From the IMG/VR virus record IMGVR_UViG_3300026191_000002, positions 1 through 50,972 of that record: a stretch of 50,972 bases of DNA. One strand, 5' to 3'. The stretch's first letter is position 1, and the number at the start of each line of letters is the position of its first letter. Shown here piece after piece: positions 7,330-18,400 of the stretch. The position numbers were made by a program, and so were the translations under genes. The DNA is from a virus. Lineage: Duplodnaviria > Caudoviricetes. The notes under the pieces were generated by a model. That model saw only the letters and a program-made list of their open reading frames with translations, ran no database searches and was not told the DNA's origin.

Positions 7330-9930
7330 TTATGCGGCGTCTTCAACTCTATAGCTAAGCGGCTTATATCCAGATGTTGCGTTAGAAGCAACTACTAGTC
7401 CACGCGTATCAGAACCAACATAAAGCACAATCATGAACGTTGGCTGAATGCTATCCCTACCGCCTGTTGGTATATCCAAATCACCAAGGCGAGCAAGGAT
7501 CTTACTTCCATCAATTTTAATTGAGTCGCTATTCTCATTACTGATTTTTTTGCCATCTGCAATAACTTCGACCTTAGCAATTCCATTCTGGGTTAAATCC
7601 AAATAGCCACCAGCGGTTACAATGCCGGCAACAGAACTTGGCTTAAGTTGCATAACCTCTCTGTTTGATCGGCCTTTGTAAGCTACCAAGCTGCCCTGCG
7701 TCACCAACTCAAAGTCCAACGTTTCCATTGTGCTCAATATTTCATTTTCCTGTAATGCTGCAACTTCGACTAAAACTGTATCTGTAGATGTTGCACCTTC
7801 GCTATCCTGTGCTTGAACTCGAAACTCTAATGTTTGTGCAGTTAATGAACTAGGTGCCGTGAACTCTGGGGTAGCTGTGTTAGCAAATTCAAGAACTACT
7901 GCATCTGCTCCGTTATCAACCTGTTCCCAACCGAATTGAGAAATTGAACCATCTTCTGGGTCGGTGCTCATTGATGCATTTAATTGAACCCGAACACCAG
8001 CTGCAACTGATTGGTCGGGGCCAGCGTTTGCGACTGGGGGTTGGTTTGGACCTTGAACGGCGAAACTTTGCGTAATTCTAGGGCTAGAATCGTCTTCATC
8101 ACTGGTAACTAGTCCGATTTCATAGCTGCCCGCCACATCGATATTAATGTCGAAATTCTTAGCTGTAGGTTCAGCTATAGTAGCGTTTGAAGTTGCAGGT
8201 TTACTATCTATTGCCCATTGATACTGAATGTCACCCGCTTGACCAAAACCAATACCTTCAATAATGACGGTTATGGGGTCAGCAGCCTCGGCATTCTCTA
8301 TTTCAATGAACGGCACGTACTCACCGTTTAACATGCCGGAAGCATCAACAAATCCACGTTCGGTGTCTTTACTTAAGAGTGATACACGGTCCTCTGTTGG
8401 CATCCAGCGTAAACCGTAGCTTGTGGGTGCTTGGGCTGATTCGCCGTTAGTGTACGAGCCGCCATAACCGATACGGTCAAACGGGTAACTGGTGGTACTC
8501 TCCACACCACCTACTTTTTGAATAACGGTTAACTGTCTATCCAAATCGCTCGAGCTTTCAAAACTGGTGTAAACGACGTCTTGGGCGTCCAGCGCTGAAC
8601 CACGGATGTAGTCTTTGGCAAAACCTGCGTGCGGCTTCCAGTAGTCAAACGTAGTCAGTCGCGCATTTAACCAGGTTACATCCAACATTTTCATGTTGGT
8701 TGATACATCCGGCAAATAGAATCCCTCACGCTCACCAGCTGCTAATGTTAATTCCAAACCATTTGCAGTAAACGCAATAGAACCCTGTCCAGTCATTCGT
8801 TTTACATTAGCAGGCAAAGACGATGCGCCGATAAACGAAATATCCTCTCGTTCAGGGCATGGCGGGTCGAGCAGTGGAAGTGAACCGTCCACCAATTCAA
8901 ATTCCATCAGGCCAATAGCGCCAACCGCAGTAGTAGATGTTCCAGCACCTACAGCGCGGTAAACCTTAAACTTGCGCCCTTGATATTTAAGTGTATCTCT
9001 TAGTACGACTTGGTTAACTGCGTCTGGCCCTCCTTGAGCAGGCTCACCAGCGTAACTTAAACGCGTAAATCCATCGTCGGCAACTAGCACAGGAATAGAA
9101 AAGCGCGGCACGAGTTGCGCGCCCCCTTCGCCTTGCTCTCTTATTTCCGCTAGCGCCAATAGTGAACCATCGTCTTGCTTTACAAGGCTAGACGGGCTTA
9201 GGGTCATCACTAACTCTGGGTTGGTGTATCCAGATACGTTTTCAACTACGCGACCAACGTCTTTCTTCCATACCTGTAGCAATTCCCATTGATTGGTGAC
9301 AACGTCTGTGCCCCATAACGCTGAATAGTCACCTGCAATACTGTAACCGATGTATGTGTGAGGGTAATTGAGTTTACCGTCATTAACATCCCATTCGAAA
9401 TAGCCCGTGTGTCCGGTACCAGCACCGAAACGAGGATCATACGTCAGCACATAACCCTGTCTGGTGAAATTAATACCGTCAGATGATGTGGCTATTGCCG
9501 TTGTCTGCTCCCTAATATCACCACCGTCATAACTAGGGCCACTATTATTATGCGTTGTTAAATAGACCACACCGTCAATGACACGCGCGCACGGCGTTTC
9601 TGTCTGCGTTCCTGCTGAAACCGTATCGATATAAACGGGGTTACCACTGGGTTTGCTGGGCAAATAATCAAAATCACCATTGGCGATAGCCGTGTCGTAA
9701 TCCACCCAATTATTAGAATCTGTCGGATCACCTGAAACCAGCACCGCCCACGTACCACCACTGCCATTTACGTGGTCCGTGGAGAAATACAAAATCCAGT
9801 CATACGGTGCTTGCCAGCCTGTAATATTAGCCGTTGGGATAATCGTTGGTGAAAAGCATCCACGATTAGAGCCTTGACTTGCAGGGCGCTCAACGACAAT
9901 TCCCCTGTCTGTAAATTGATATTTAAGCAT
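7330..9930 (-). CDS. Tail-end protein: putative beta-propeller glycoside hydrolase, lectin-like and PKD/Ig domains
   Basis: LYFSTDH, QTETP and ATSSDGINFT (Asp-box-like) motifs; NQPPVANAGPDQSV PKD motif; ATG at 9930 with AAGGA (track start 9945). Confidence 0.65.
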   Translation of the reverse strand: MLKYQFTDRGIVVERPASQGSNRGCFSPTIIPTANITGWQAPYDWILYFSTDHVNGSGGTWAVLVSGDPTDSNNWVDYDTAIANGDFDYLPSKPSGNPVYIDTVSAGTQTETPCARVIDGVVYLTTHNNSGPSYDGGDIREQTTAIATSSDGINFTRQGYVLTYDPRFGAGTGHTGYFEWDVNDGKLNYPHTYIGYSIAGDYSALWGTDVVTNQWELLQVWKKDVGRVVENVSGYTNPELVMTLSPSSLVKQDDGSLLALAEIREQGEGGAQLVPRFSIPVLVADDGFTRLSYAGEPAQGGPDAVNQVVLRDTLKYQGRKFKVYRAVGAGTSTTAVGAIGLMEFELVDGSLPLLDPPCPEREDISFIGASSLPANVKRMTGQGSIAFTANGLELTLAAGEREGFYLPDVSTNMKMLDVTWLNARLTTFDYWKPHAGFAKDYIRGSALDAQDVVYTSFESSSDLDRQLTVIQKVGGVESTTSYPFDRIGYGGSYTNGESAQAPTSYGLRWMPTEDRVSLLSKDTERGFVDASGMLNGEYVPFIEIENAEAADPITVIIEGIGFGQAGDIQYQWAIDSKPATSNATIAEPTAKNFDINIDVAGSYEIGLVTSDEDDSSPRITQSFAVQGPNQPPVANAGPDQSVAAGVRVQLNASMSTDPEDGSISQFGWEQVDNGADAVVLEFANTATPEFTAPSSLTAQTLEFRVQAQDSEGATSTDTVLVEVAALQENEILSTMETLDFELVTQGSLVAYKGRSNREVMQLKPSSVAGIVTAGGYLDLTQNGIAKVEVIADGKKISNENSDSIKIDGSKILARLGDLDIPTGGRDSIQPTFMIVLYVGSDTRGLVVASNATSGYKPLSYRVEDAA

Positions 9931-11092
9931 TGTATTTTCCTTCACCGATAAACGTTACTGTTCGCCCTAGTTCAAACTCACCGCTGGTTCGAATTGCTGT
10001 AGTGGGTGTTTTGTTTGCAACAGCATTGCGTACACGTACAAACACTGAGCTGGTTGAAGCACCGTCAACTGTTAATTGAAATTCGTAGAGGCCGACTGCA
10101 TCAGCTGTGTAACTGGCATTCTGTTGAGTCGGATTAGTAATTGATGGGGATGAACCTACTGGCGCTTGAGCGATTGTCCAACTGTATGTGCTGCCACCTG
10201 TGGACGCAGCACCGGATAACGCGAACGATTGCCCTACGTATTGAACGGAATCGGTACCCGCGTTGGCAACCACACTGCCAGCCTCTACCGCTGTAATTGT
10301 CTGAGTTGCTGGGTCGCTATCCTCGGCACCATCATTGACAATCAGCGTTAATATATATTCCCCAGCAACGTCCATGGTAAACCTAGGGTTAACGGTATTA
10401 GCATCTAATAATGTAGCGCTAGAACCAGCTGGCACTTGCAGTGTTGATTGATAGGTTAACGTGTCATTATCTGCATCAGATGAATTACTAGCGTTGACTA
10501 CAAACTCATTACCTACCGTACCAGTCGTATTTGTGCCAAGTGCTGCGACAGGCTTGGTGTTCACTGAACCCGCCTGATTTTCAAATGTCACTGCACTCAT
10601 ACCGTAAAAACCCTGCGATAAATTTACAATCGCAGTGCCTACCGTCTGATTAAATGGTTCGTTTGACGTAGAATAAACCACGGCGGCATCAGCGTATGCA
10701 GTAATGCTAGAGCCAGAGGTCACAACGCGCAATGTCGCGGACGCACCAGAATTATGCGTACCGTCATAAAGTACTGTATTCGTGCCCGATACCCGTTTTA
10801 CTACTCGATAGACGCCTGTTGCTAGATCCCAAATTACACGCATGTAGTTGTCATCATTAACGCGCCGAAATTCGAACGAGAAATATTTCCCAGTCGCGTT
10901 AGTGTCGTCATGCCTGAATGAAATAGTCACATCATTGTCGGCGGTCGCATCAACCAATTCAATTTGCCCCGATGCACTATTTGCTATGTAAAGCCCATTA
11001 CCTTGAAACGTCCAGTTCCCACTTATTACACTTAATTCTGGTGGTATTTGACTACCACTCTGGAGTGCTAGATTTAAATTAACCGTAGCCAT
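9923..11092 (-). CDS. Virion-associated protein with lectin-like N domain and PKD/Ig repeats
   Basis: NTKPVA..SSDADNDTLTY..GEYILTLIVNDG and VANAGTD motifs. Confidence 0.75.
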   Translation of the reverse strand: MATVNLNLALQSGSQIPPELSVISGNWTFQGNGLYIANSASGQIELVDATADNDVTISFRHDDTNATGKYFSFEFRRVNDDNYMRVIWDLATGVYRVVKRVSGTNTVLYDGTHNSGASATLRVVTSGSSITAYADAAVVYSTSNEPFNQTVGTAIVNLSQGFYGMSAVTFENQAGSVNTKPVAALGTNTTGTVGNEFVVNASNSSDADNDTLTYQSTLQVPAGSSATLLDANTVNPRFTMDVAGEYILTLIVNDGAEDSDPATQTITAVEAGSVVANAGTDSVQYVGQSFALSGAASTGGSTYSWTIAQAPVGSSPSITNPTQQNASYTADAVGLYEFQLTVDGASTSSVFVRVRNAVANKTPTTAIRTSGEFELGRTVTFIGEGKYNA

Positions 11093-11103
11093 TAGTAATC
11101 TCT

Positions 11104-14022
11104 CTATACTGTAATTGAAATTGTGTTAGACCATGCGCCAATTAACGCACCGTTTAGGCAACGGCATCTGATCTTGTATGTGCCTGAAGAAAGTGAAACT
11201 GAACGTTTAAAGCAACCAACAACCCCAGGCAATCCAACATTAGGAACATCCAAAGTAGACCAGCTAGAACCACCATTGCTCGATACTTCAAACTCCATGT
11301 CGGTCATAGAGAACCTATTAAGATCGTCCAGTGTTGGGTAGGTTTTTAGAATTTCGATTGAATTGGAATGACCGCCAATCAAACCGTTAGAGGAATAATG
11401 AAACCCTGCACCTTTTTTCTGAGCGCTCATTTGTGGTTTGGTCACACAACGTTGACCGTCTGCGTAACAATTCCAAATTTCAAAGTACGCAGGGCTATGG
11501 GTAGGCGAGAACGTTTCTCTTGTACCTAACGTAGATATAAAAGCACTGTTATTAAGTAGCGCTGCCCCTCTGCGGTGTGTACGAACAATCTTGCAAGAAC
11601 CTTCAAGTGTGCTGTTGTTTATTTCGGTGACGCGCTTTAAATCAGTTATTGCATCAGTGGCGTTTTTACCGTCTAAGTTGTAGACATGGCATGTGTATAT
11701 TTCCCCCGCTTCACCCCAACTACCTACGCCCCAGTAAGGCGCATTAATAACGAGAATATCGCAGTTACCAAATTGGGAGTTGTAGTTACCGTAGTTGGAT
11801 TCAAGACCTAAATCAGCGGTGATATTTCCTAGCTGAGAAATCTTACAATAAGGGTTCTTGTATTCAGGAACTACTGCTGTTTGCCATGTTTCATTTGAAC
11901 CTGTGTAGCCACCTGTGAAATCCATCCCATCTACTTCAAGAGACTCAGCACCTTTCAGAGTAATGCCGTTACGTCTACCTTGAACAGACACGTTTTCAAA
12001 TAAGAAGTGTTTGTATGAGTCACTGCTGTAGGCTCTGTACCCATCTGCTGAGTTAGCGGCCATTTCTTGATTTTGCACATGAACATCAGCGGTGTAACGG
12101 TATTTAAGCCTATCTACTGGTTCAATCTTCCAACTTAAATCTACGTCTGAACCATTAACCGAACCTTCAAGCGTTGGTACTGCAGGAGTTTCCGTTCTTA
12201 ATAGCTTACGTACATAGATATTTTGAACGTTGCCTTTGTACCCCGAAGCCGTTATTTGAACTTGTGTAGCATTAGCTGGCGCACGTATTAACCATACTTC
12301 TGTGCCTTCAATGCTGTGGCTGTACTGGCCTGTTGCACTGCCTATTTTCGGTGTAACCGAACCACTTACCTTATCTACCAGCTTCAGTGATATTTGATAA
12401 ACTTCACCGGCTTCAAAGTTGTAGCTTGCACTTAATGGGTTACTTGTTCCTGCAGCATAATAGTTACCACCACTTTTAGACCAACCAGAACCGCTAAAAC
12501 CATCTGGCTGCACAACCTTAGCGCCTACTTCATCTGAGGCGTTAATAATGAACTTGTGCATATAAATAAGGTCTTCCGTTGAGTACCGGAAGTAATCTAT
12601 TGCCGTTTCACCTGGGTCTAAATGAAGCCATGCTTCTGCAGGCATGTAGCGAAGTGAGCCTTCTTCAGTAGGTAACACTCTTGCCCCGCTAGGTAGAGTA
12701 ACTACGCTTTGGAAAGGTCTTTCAGTACCTTGAACAGCAATAGCATTATCAAGTTGCGGAATGTGCATGTAAGGCAAAACAAGCGTCTTGTTGGCCTTAA
12801 CTTGTAATGTATCTACTGTAACTTCAGCCTTTTCCCCGCGCCAAGCTTCTCCCTCGTCCAGTTCAATAGTTTCGTTATAAAGAACATCGTTCACCATGAC
12901 GTTGTTTAAAACTACCGTGCAAGCGCCTTGGGCCGAGAGGAACGGGAGTGGTAGAAGTGCTTTGTAATCGCCACCATTAATAGTCACCGTGGCATTCGGG
13001 CCAATAACCACGACACCTAAACCCCCGACTTCATCTAGGTTACAGCCACAGTTATTAAGCTCACCGTCTTTGTGGAAGTAGTAACCAAAGCTATCCCCGT
13101 CTAACTGTCGCGTCCAAGAAACCATACAATCTCTTGCGGTAGAGACTTCAAGGAACTCGATACCCGCGCCATCATGGTCTGAGTTAAGACCTTTAACGTT
13201 TACTTCGCACCCAAACTTAAAACCGTTACCGCTAAAACCACTCGTAGACACATAGCGAACTACGGCTTCGCTACCAGCTTCAATCTCTAGCCCATGCAAA
13301 AGCGTGAAGTTTTCACTAAACAAGTGATTTTCATTAACTATCGTCCCCCCAATGACTTCCATATCCGAGTGGCCCGAACGGATTACGATACCGCAATCAC
13401 CTGTACCGGTAACATCAAAGTCTTGTGTCGATACGTTGCTTGAACCTAGGGGGATATCAAGCGCTTTAAATATCGTATTGATAAACGTGAGTTTACGTAA
13501 AATCCAGTCGAACATAGCGTGACCTTGCGTGTCGATAAGGCCAGCATTGCTCAAGACTGCGCCATGAACCTCACTACCTCTATTGTCAGAATTAAGTTTT
13601 ATAACAGGGTCGGAGTCTTTAACTTTTAAGCCGAAGAAACGATGATATCCAGCCCCAAGGATAATAAAGTCACCCGATACGTTCTGCATCCATGGGCTAT
13701 GGTTTTCTAGGTTCGTGTCTATCTCACGCTCACCAACTTGCAAACCAAAGTAGAACGAAAGTGGGTTACCGTTTTGTCCCTTCGTTAAATTCAAATTCCA
13801 AGGTAATGTTCTTGGAGTCCAATCTCTTACTTTGCTGGGGTGTGAGCCGATGTAAAAATTATCCCCTGGGTTTACGCGGTAATCGGGATCATCTTCTTCG
13901 CTACCGGTATAAACACGCTTATAAACACGCTCCAAGTCTTGCGCGGGGTTGCAATCAGCCCACTCTTCACCGTCAGTCCAGCCAGCATCATCGAGTAGGT
14001 TTACATCAAATAGTCTATTCAT
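11104..14022 (-). CDS. Putative beta-helix tailspike/depolymerase with FN3 domain
   Basis: G/N/D-rich coils typical of parallel beta-helices; C-terminal LSSGTYKIRCRCLN..GAWSNT FN3 signature; position after the tail tip. Confidence 0.6.
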   Translation of the reverse strand: MNRLFDVNLLDDAGWTDGEEWADCNPAQDLERVYKRVYTGSEEDDPDYRVNPGDNFYIGSHPSKVRDWTPRTLPWNLNLTKGQNGNPLSFYFGLQVGEREIDTNLENHSPWMQNVSGDFIILGAGYHRFFGLKVKDSDPVIKLNSDNRGSEVHGAVLSNAGLIDTQGHAMFDWILRKLTFINTIFKALDIPLGSSNVSTQDFDVTGTGDCGIVIRSGHSDMEVIGGTIVNENHLFSENFTLLHGLEIEAGSEAVVRYVSTSGFSGNGFKFGCEVNVKGLNSDHDGAGIEFLEVSTARDCMVSWTRQLDGDSFGYYFHKDGELNNCGCNLDEVGGLGVVVIGPNATVTINGGDYKALLPLPFLSAQGACTVVLNNVMVNDVLYNETIELDEGEAWRGEKAEVTVDTLQVKANKTLVLPYMHIPQLDNAIAVQGTERPFQSVVTLPSGARVLPTEEGSLRYMPAEAWLHLDPGETAIDYFRYSTEDLIYMHKFIINASDEVGAKVVQPDGFSGSGWSKSGGNYYAAGTSNPLSASYNFEAGEVYQISLKLVDKVSGSVTPKIGSATGQYSHSIEGTEVWLIRAPANATQVQITASGYKGNVQNIYVRKLLRTETPAVPTLEGSVNGSDVDLSWKIEPVDRLKYRYTADVHVQNQEMAANSADGYRAYSSDSYKHFLFENVSVQGRRNGITLKGAESLEVDGMDFTGGYTGSNETWQTAVVPEYKNPYCKISQLGNITADLGLESNYGNYNSQFGNCDILVINAPYWGVGSWGEAGEIYTCHVYNLDGKNATDAITDLKRVTEINNSTLEGSCKIVRTHRRGAALLNNSAFISTLGTRETFSPTHSPAYFEIWNCYADGQRCVTKPQMSAQKKGAGFHYSSNGLIGGHSNSIEILKTYPTLDDLNRFSMTDMEFEVSSNGGSSWSTLDVPNVGLPGVVGCFKRSVSLSSGTYKIRCRCLNGALIGAWSNTISITV

Positions 14023-15454
14023 AATGTGGGATTCTCATTTTTATTGACTCAACGGTAAGCGCTGCGGTAGTAGAAGAACCTGCTCGTTTGAAATAGATTC
14101 GTTCATCAGTAATGAATCGTGCAGGCCCTTGGTAATAAACTTTATTGGGATCTACATTTGATACCGTTAACGCCAGTGTTCCTGCGACATAAGAAACGTC
14201 TAACACCATTTCAAACTGAAAATCATCGTAACTATCGCCAAAGAAACGAAGTGCGTCTGTACTGCCTGTTGCTTCGGTTACCGTAAACACACGAGGGTTG
14301 TTAGCATCTTGCGCCCAACTAGCACCAATACTGTGTAAGTTTTCGGGAAACATATCTTCGCTGTACCAATAACCATCGGCCTTTTGGTAAAAGGTTCTAA
14401 AAGGTGAGCGTAGTGTCCCGAATGCCGTGTCAAACTTAGCATTGAGCGAACCTACGTCAGACTGGTTTACATCGAACTGATGCCACCCATTATCTAAAGC
14501 TATGTACTCAATAATTCCTTCAAAGTACTCGCTGTTGAACTCACCAATCTTATAAAGGTTCGTTACGCTTGTTTCGTACTCATGCCATTGGTGATTGGCT
14601 AATGTTGGGTTGTTGGGCAAGCCTAAACCGCCAGTTCCCATCGGGTAGACACGCATTTTGATATTGCCGGTGTACGAACTGTTATTATTAAAGCGCAGTA
14701 TCAAACCACGATAAAAAATTGGGAACGAACGACTAGCAATAGTCGTAGGTATGGTGAACCATCTATCGGTTAACGCTATATGAACTTCCCCACGCACGTC
14801 ATCAAACCGAATCATACGTTTATTGTTAGGTGATTCAGTTGGGCGTACTTCGGTGCTTTTTAAAGTAGGGTAATCAGTCAGTATTTGACTAATACTCGGT
14901 TCGCGTTTTAACGGTGGGCTCAGCGCCTGCGTTCTTTTGTTATCTGTGTCGATATCATCGGGCAGCTGCTCGACAGACACCTTGCCGCCAATTTCAGGGA
15001 AATTAGGGAAACGCTTTGCTGTCTCGGGGAGCACTTCATTTATATCACCCTGTACTTGCACCCAAGTGGGCCACTGTGTAGCTGTTGGTGGTGGGTCAAT
15101 AATTACAGACCAACTAATTTCACCGCCATTACCAGAGCCACCGCCGCCAGCGTTTTCTAAAAATGCCTGATACGCTGCGCGGTTATTCTCTAGTGCTTGT
15201 AGTAATGTTGAAACTGCACCAATCGGAACTACAGTAGCAGCAACATTGCTTAAGTCTCCCTGCGACCAGTTTTCACGCAGCGTGATAGTTCTTGCGGTAG
15301 TGTCGTGATCTTCAATGGTTGCGGGTAGCTTACCCGCTATAAATAACTGGCTACCTTTTATCAAACCAAAGAATGAGTCTGAGTTATTTACAGACACGAC
15401 TTGGCTAGCATCTGAAACGCTTATATCGTTCAGACTAAAAATAAATTTGCTCAT
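14015..15454 (-). CDS. Putative tail fibre/adaptor protein
   Basis: Gly linker followed by W..I..PP.TATQWPTW fibre-type repeats; follows the tail tip gene. Confidence 0.6.
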   Translation of the reverse strand: MSKFIFSLNDISVSDASQVVSVNNSDSFFGLIKGSQLFIAGKLPATIEDHDTTARTITLRENWSQGDLSNVAATVVPIGAVSTLLQALENNRAAYQAFLENAGGGGSGNGGEISWSVIIDPPPTATQWPTWVQVQGDINEVLPETAKRFPNFPEIGGKVSVEQLPDDIDTDNKRTQALSPPLKREPSISQILTDYPTLKSTEVRPTESPNNKRMIRFDDVRGEVHIALTDRWFTIPTTIASRSFPIFYRGLILRFNNNSSYTGNIKMRVYPMGTGGLGLPNNPTLANHQWHEYETSVTNLYKIGEFNSEYFEGIIEYIALDNGWHQFDVNQSDVGSLNAKFDTAFGTLRSPFRTFYQKADGYWYSEDMFPENLHSIGASWAQDANNPRVFTVTEATGSTDALRFFGDSYDDFQFEMVLDVSYVAGTLALTVSNVDPNKVYYQGPARFITDERIYFKRAGSSTTAALTVESIKMRIPHYE

Positions 15455-15456
15455 TA

Positions 15457-18400
15457 TTATTCTTCGGTAATTATCAGCGACAACTGCTGCATGTTAATGA
15501 ACTGCTGCAGGTGCCAACGTTGCTGGTTTGAAACTACGGCTCGATAGCTGAAGTTCTCTTGGCTGGGATTTGAGTCGGTAATAGTGAACGATGCATTCAT
15601 TCTCTCTGAAGTAACACAATGATCGAACTCACTGAAGTAATTTCGCGTGACTTCCGCAACGGCGTGTGATGTTTGAAGTGTAGTCCATGCACCGCCGCCT
15701 ATTTTTCGCTGTATTGTGATTGTGCAATCCGCATCGAACTGGACGTTGCTACATTGTCCATCCTCAGTAGAGTTACCCGCCCAGATGATTGAGTAAACGA
15801 TAACCTTAGATCCGCCAAAGGTACTAAACGGCCCTACTTCAACCTCTGGGTTCAAGTTTAGTGTAGTGCTGCGCGCGGCATTCTTGAATACACCAGCTGA
15901 TAAAGAGCCGCCAAAATAAGCATTTCCAGTAGTGTCTTTCCACTCTATAGCGTTAAGCTTTGTTAGGTCTGATAGTTTTGGTTCTCCATCGTTATCGAGT
16001 ATCTTTGGGCCGTACCAATACCAAAGGCTATCTGGCCCAAACCCATCAGCCAACTCAACTTTCATGAAGTTGGCGCCAATCATTTGAAACTCAGGTGAAA
16101 CCAGCTTGCCCCAGAACCGACCAGAACCGAAAAACTCTAATTCATTGGTGGCTGAGTTAACGCCTAAAACAACATACCCTTCTGAGTCTACCCAGTAGGT
16201 ATTTGTTGCAAGGAATATGATTTCAGATACGTCTTGGCTACCGCGAATAAATACGCCTGTCATTCGCCCGTTAGCATCAATAGCAAACTGTATTTCCCCT
16301 TGCACTTCGCCTAGCGCAGTTTCTAGCGCTTGGAAATAAGAGAAAACACTGACTTCTTGCCCTTCAAGATTATTTATTTTTACTTCTTCAAATGCTTGGG
16401 CAAACGCGGCACCTGGAACCCAGTCACCGTTATCATCTTCATAACCTATTTGCGCGTTTTTAAACTCAGATATTTGCGCTTGAACCGTCTGCTCACCTAC
16501 TTTTTGTTTAACGCCAATAATTTCTAGTGAGTTAACTTGATTGGCCTGCTCAACTTGGGTTACGTTGTAAACCAGTGTTTCGTATTCTTCGGCCAAATCA
16601 CCCGTTTGCTTTGACCAGTTTGAAATATCATCCACTACGCCGCTGATGGTATCACCCAAATTAGCGGGTAAACCTGGCAGCTGAACAGACTTAACAATGT
16701 CTTCCCATCTGGCTGATGTGCTTGTAGTAGTAGCAAGTACACTCGTCCATTCAGAATCGCCAAGCGGGTTATGTGAACACACCCATATTTTGTATTCTGT
16801 ATTCGGTGCTAACCCGGTAAACGTGTAAGTATGCGCTGGTCCACGGTGAGGAAGGGGTGGTTCTTCGTCTGTTACGTCATAGCTAATCGAGAATAAAAAC
16901 GCAGTGGATGAATCAGAACCAGCAAGATAAGGGATAACTTCAAGATCTAAATCATCAGCAATCACTTCAATGTTAGTCGGAATGCTTGGTTCTTGCATAA
17001 CAAGAGGGATTTCAGCCCAGCCCGAACGCTTACCTAAGCCGCTTAACGCGCGAACCTGAAAGCGATACTCACCTAAATCAAAGCCAGTAAGCTCAACTTC
17101 ATGCGTAGCAACACGCTCTGTTTGAACAATCACATCGCCTTTCAACACTCGATAATCAAAGCGCTGGGATTCTGATACCCAGCGAACACGCACCTGCACA
17201 AAGTTACTGTAAATGTGTTCGATATTAAGATCGGTTGGCGCATCAGGCTCTTTACTTGTGTAGGCGGTATCTGGCAGTTCTGGCTTGTTGCCTTCGCCAA
17301 AGAAGTCGTAAATATAAGGTTGGTGTTCACGAACGCTAAGCGTAACTTCTTCGCGGTTTTCTTCCTTCGACTCTATTCTGAATAATTTACCATCCCAAAA
17401 CGGTAGACCGCTCAGGTAAGTAACAGGAACAATGTCACCTACATCATAAATAGTGGCCCACTTGGGCAGAGTGATCTTAGTTCTTAATTGTTGGCGCGAT
17501 ACTTCAAGATAGGTTTTAGCAAATTCTAATGCTTCGTAGTAATTTCGACAGGTTTTTAAATCAACACTTTCTTCACGTATGAAGCCATTATCTTCTGCCA
17601 GTAACTGATCGAAAATATCACTATCAGGTTCAGGGTAAACCGCTTCTTGTTTGCTGCCATCGGCGGCGGGATCGTAGTAAGTGACGCTCACCCTGTTAAA
17701 TCGGTTGTTCTTGTTACCTTCTGTGATTTTACCCATCTGTAGAATATCTTCTTCAAGAATAGGTAAATCTACTGGCGTGCTGTCTTCTTCAATTAAAAGC
17801 TTTAGCTGCCCGTTGATAATAGGCAACCAGCCGCGCATTGGCTTAAGTAGCGTATTAACGTTTTCAAGGACGGTCGAACCTGTATCAAGCGCTATGTTGC
17901 AGCTGAACAAATCACGAAATTCGCCACTTTCTTTTTGTTCTTCAACATCGGAATTACAAAGTGCTTCAGCATAGGCAAAAGAATTGTAGTTTATATAAGA
18001 GGACGGTAACCCTTTTCCATAAATAGGGTTAGTTAAATAATCCAATAAAGCAGTTGCGGGGTTAGTGAACGTAGTGCCGGTTAAATCTGCAGTAAGATTT
18101 GGCTCTGAAGTTATAGCTGTTTCATCATCGTGATATTCAAGCCTAATGTATGAACATGCTTTACCCTCTAACTTATCGGCATCTCGCCACCCAGCCTTTG
18201 CTAATAAAGGATCATAGTAGTTCCCCATCCCGTTGGTGAAATTTCTAACGTATACCGCACGCTTATCACCCGCAAAGAAAGCATCATCATTTGAAGAATT
18301 GGGTATATCATCGATGTAAACTTCATCAATGCTTTCTACCGCTTCACTCCATACCACGATAATATGGAGCAAGTCATTTGGGTAATCATCATTGTCGTTA

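Noticed and set aside
9923-9945. Canonical -1 frameshift joining the two PKD genes
   Set aside because: The downstream gene is in the +1 frame, there is no XXXYYYZ heptamer, and it has its own RBS and ATG.
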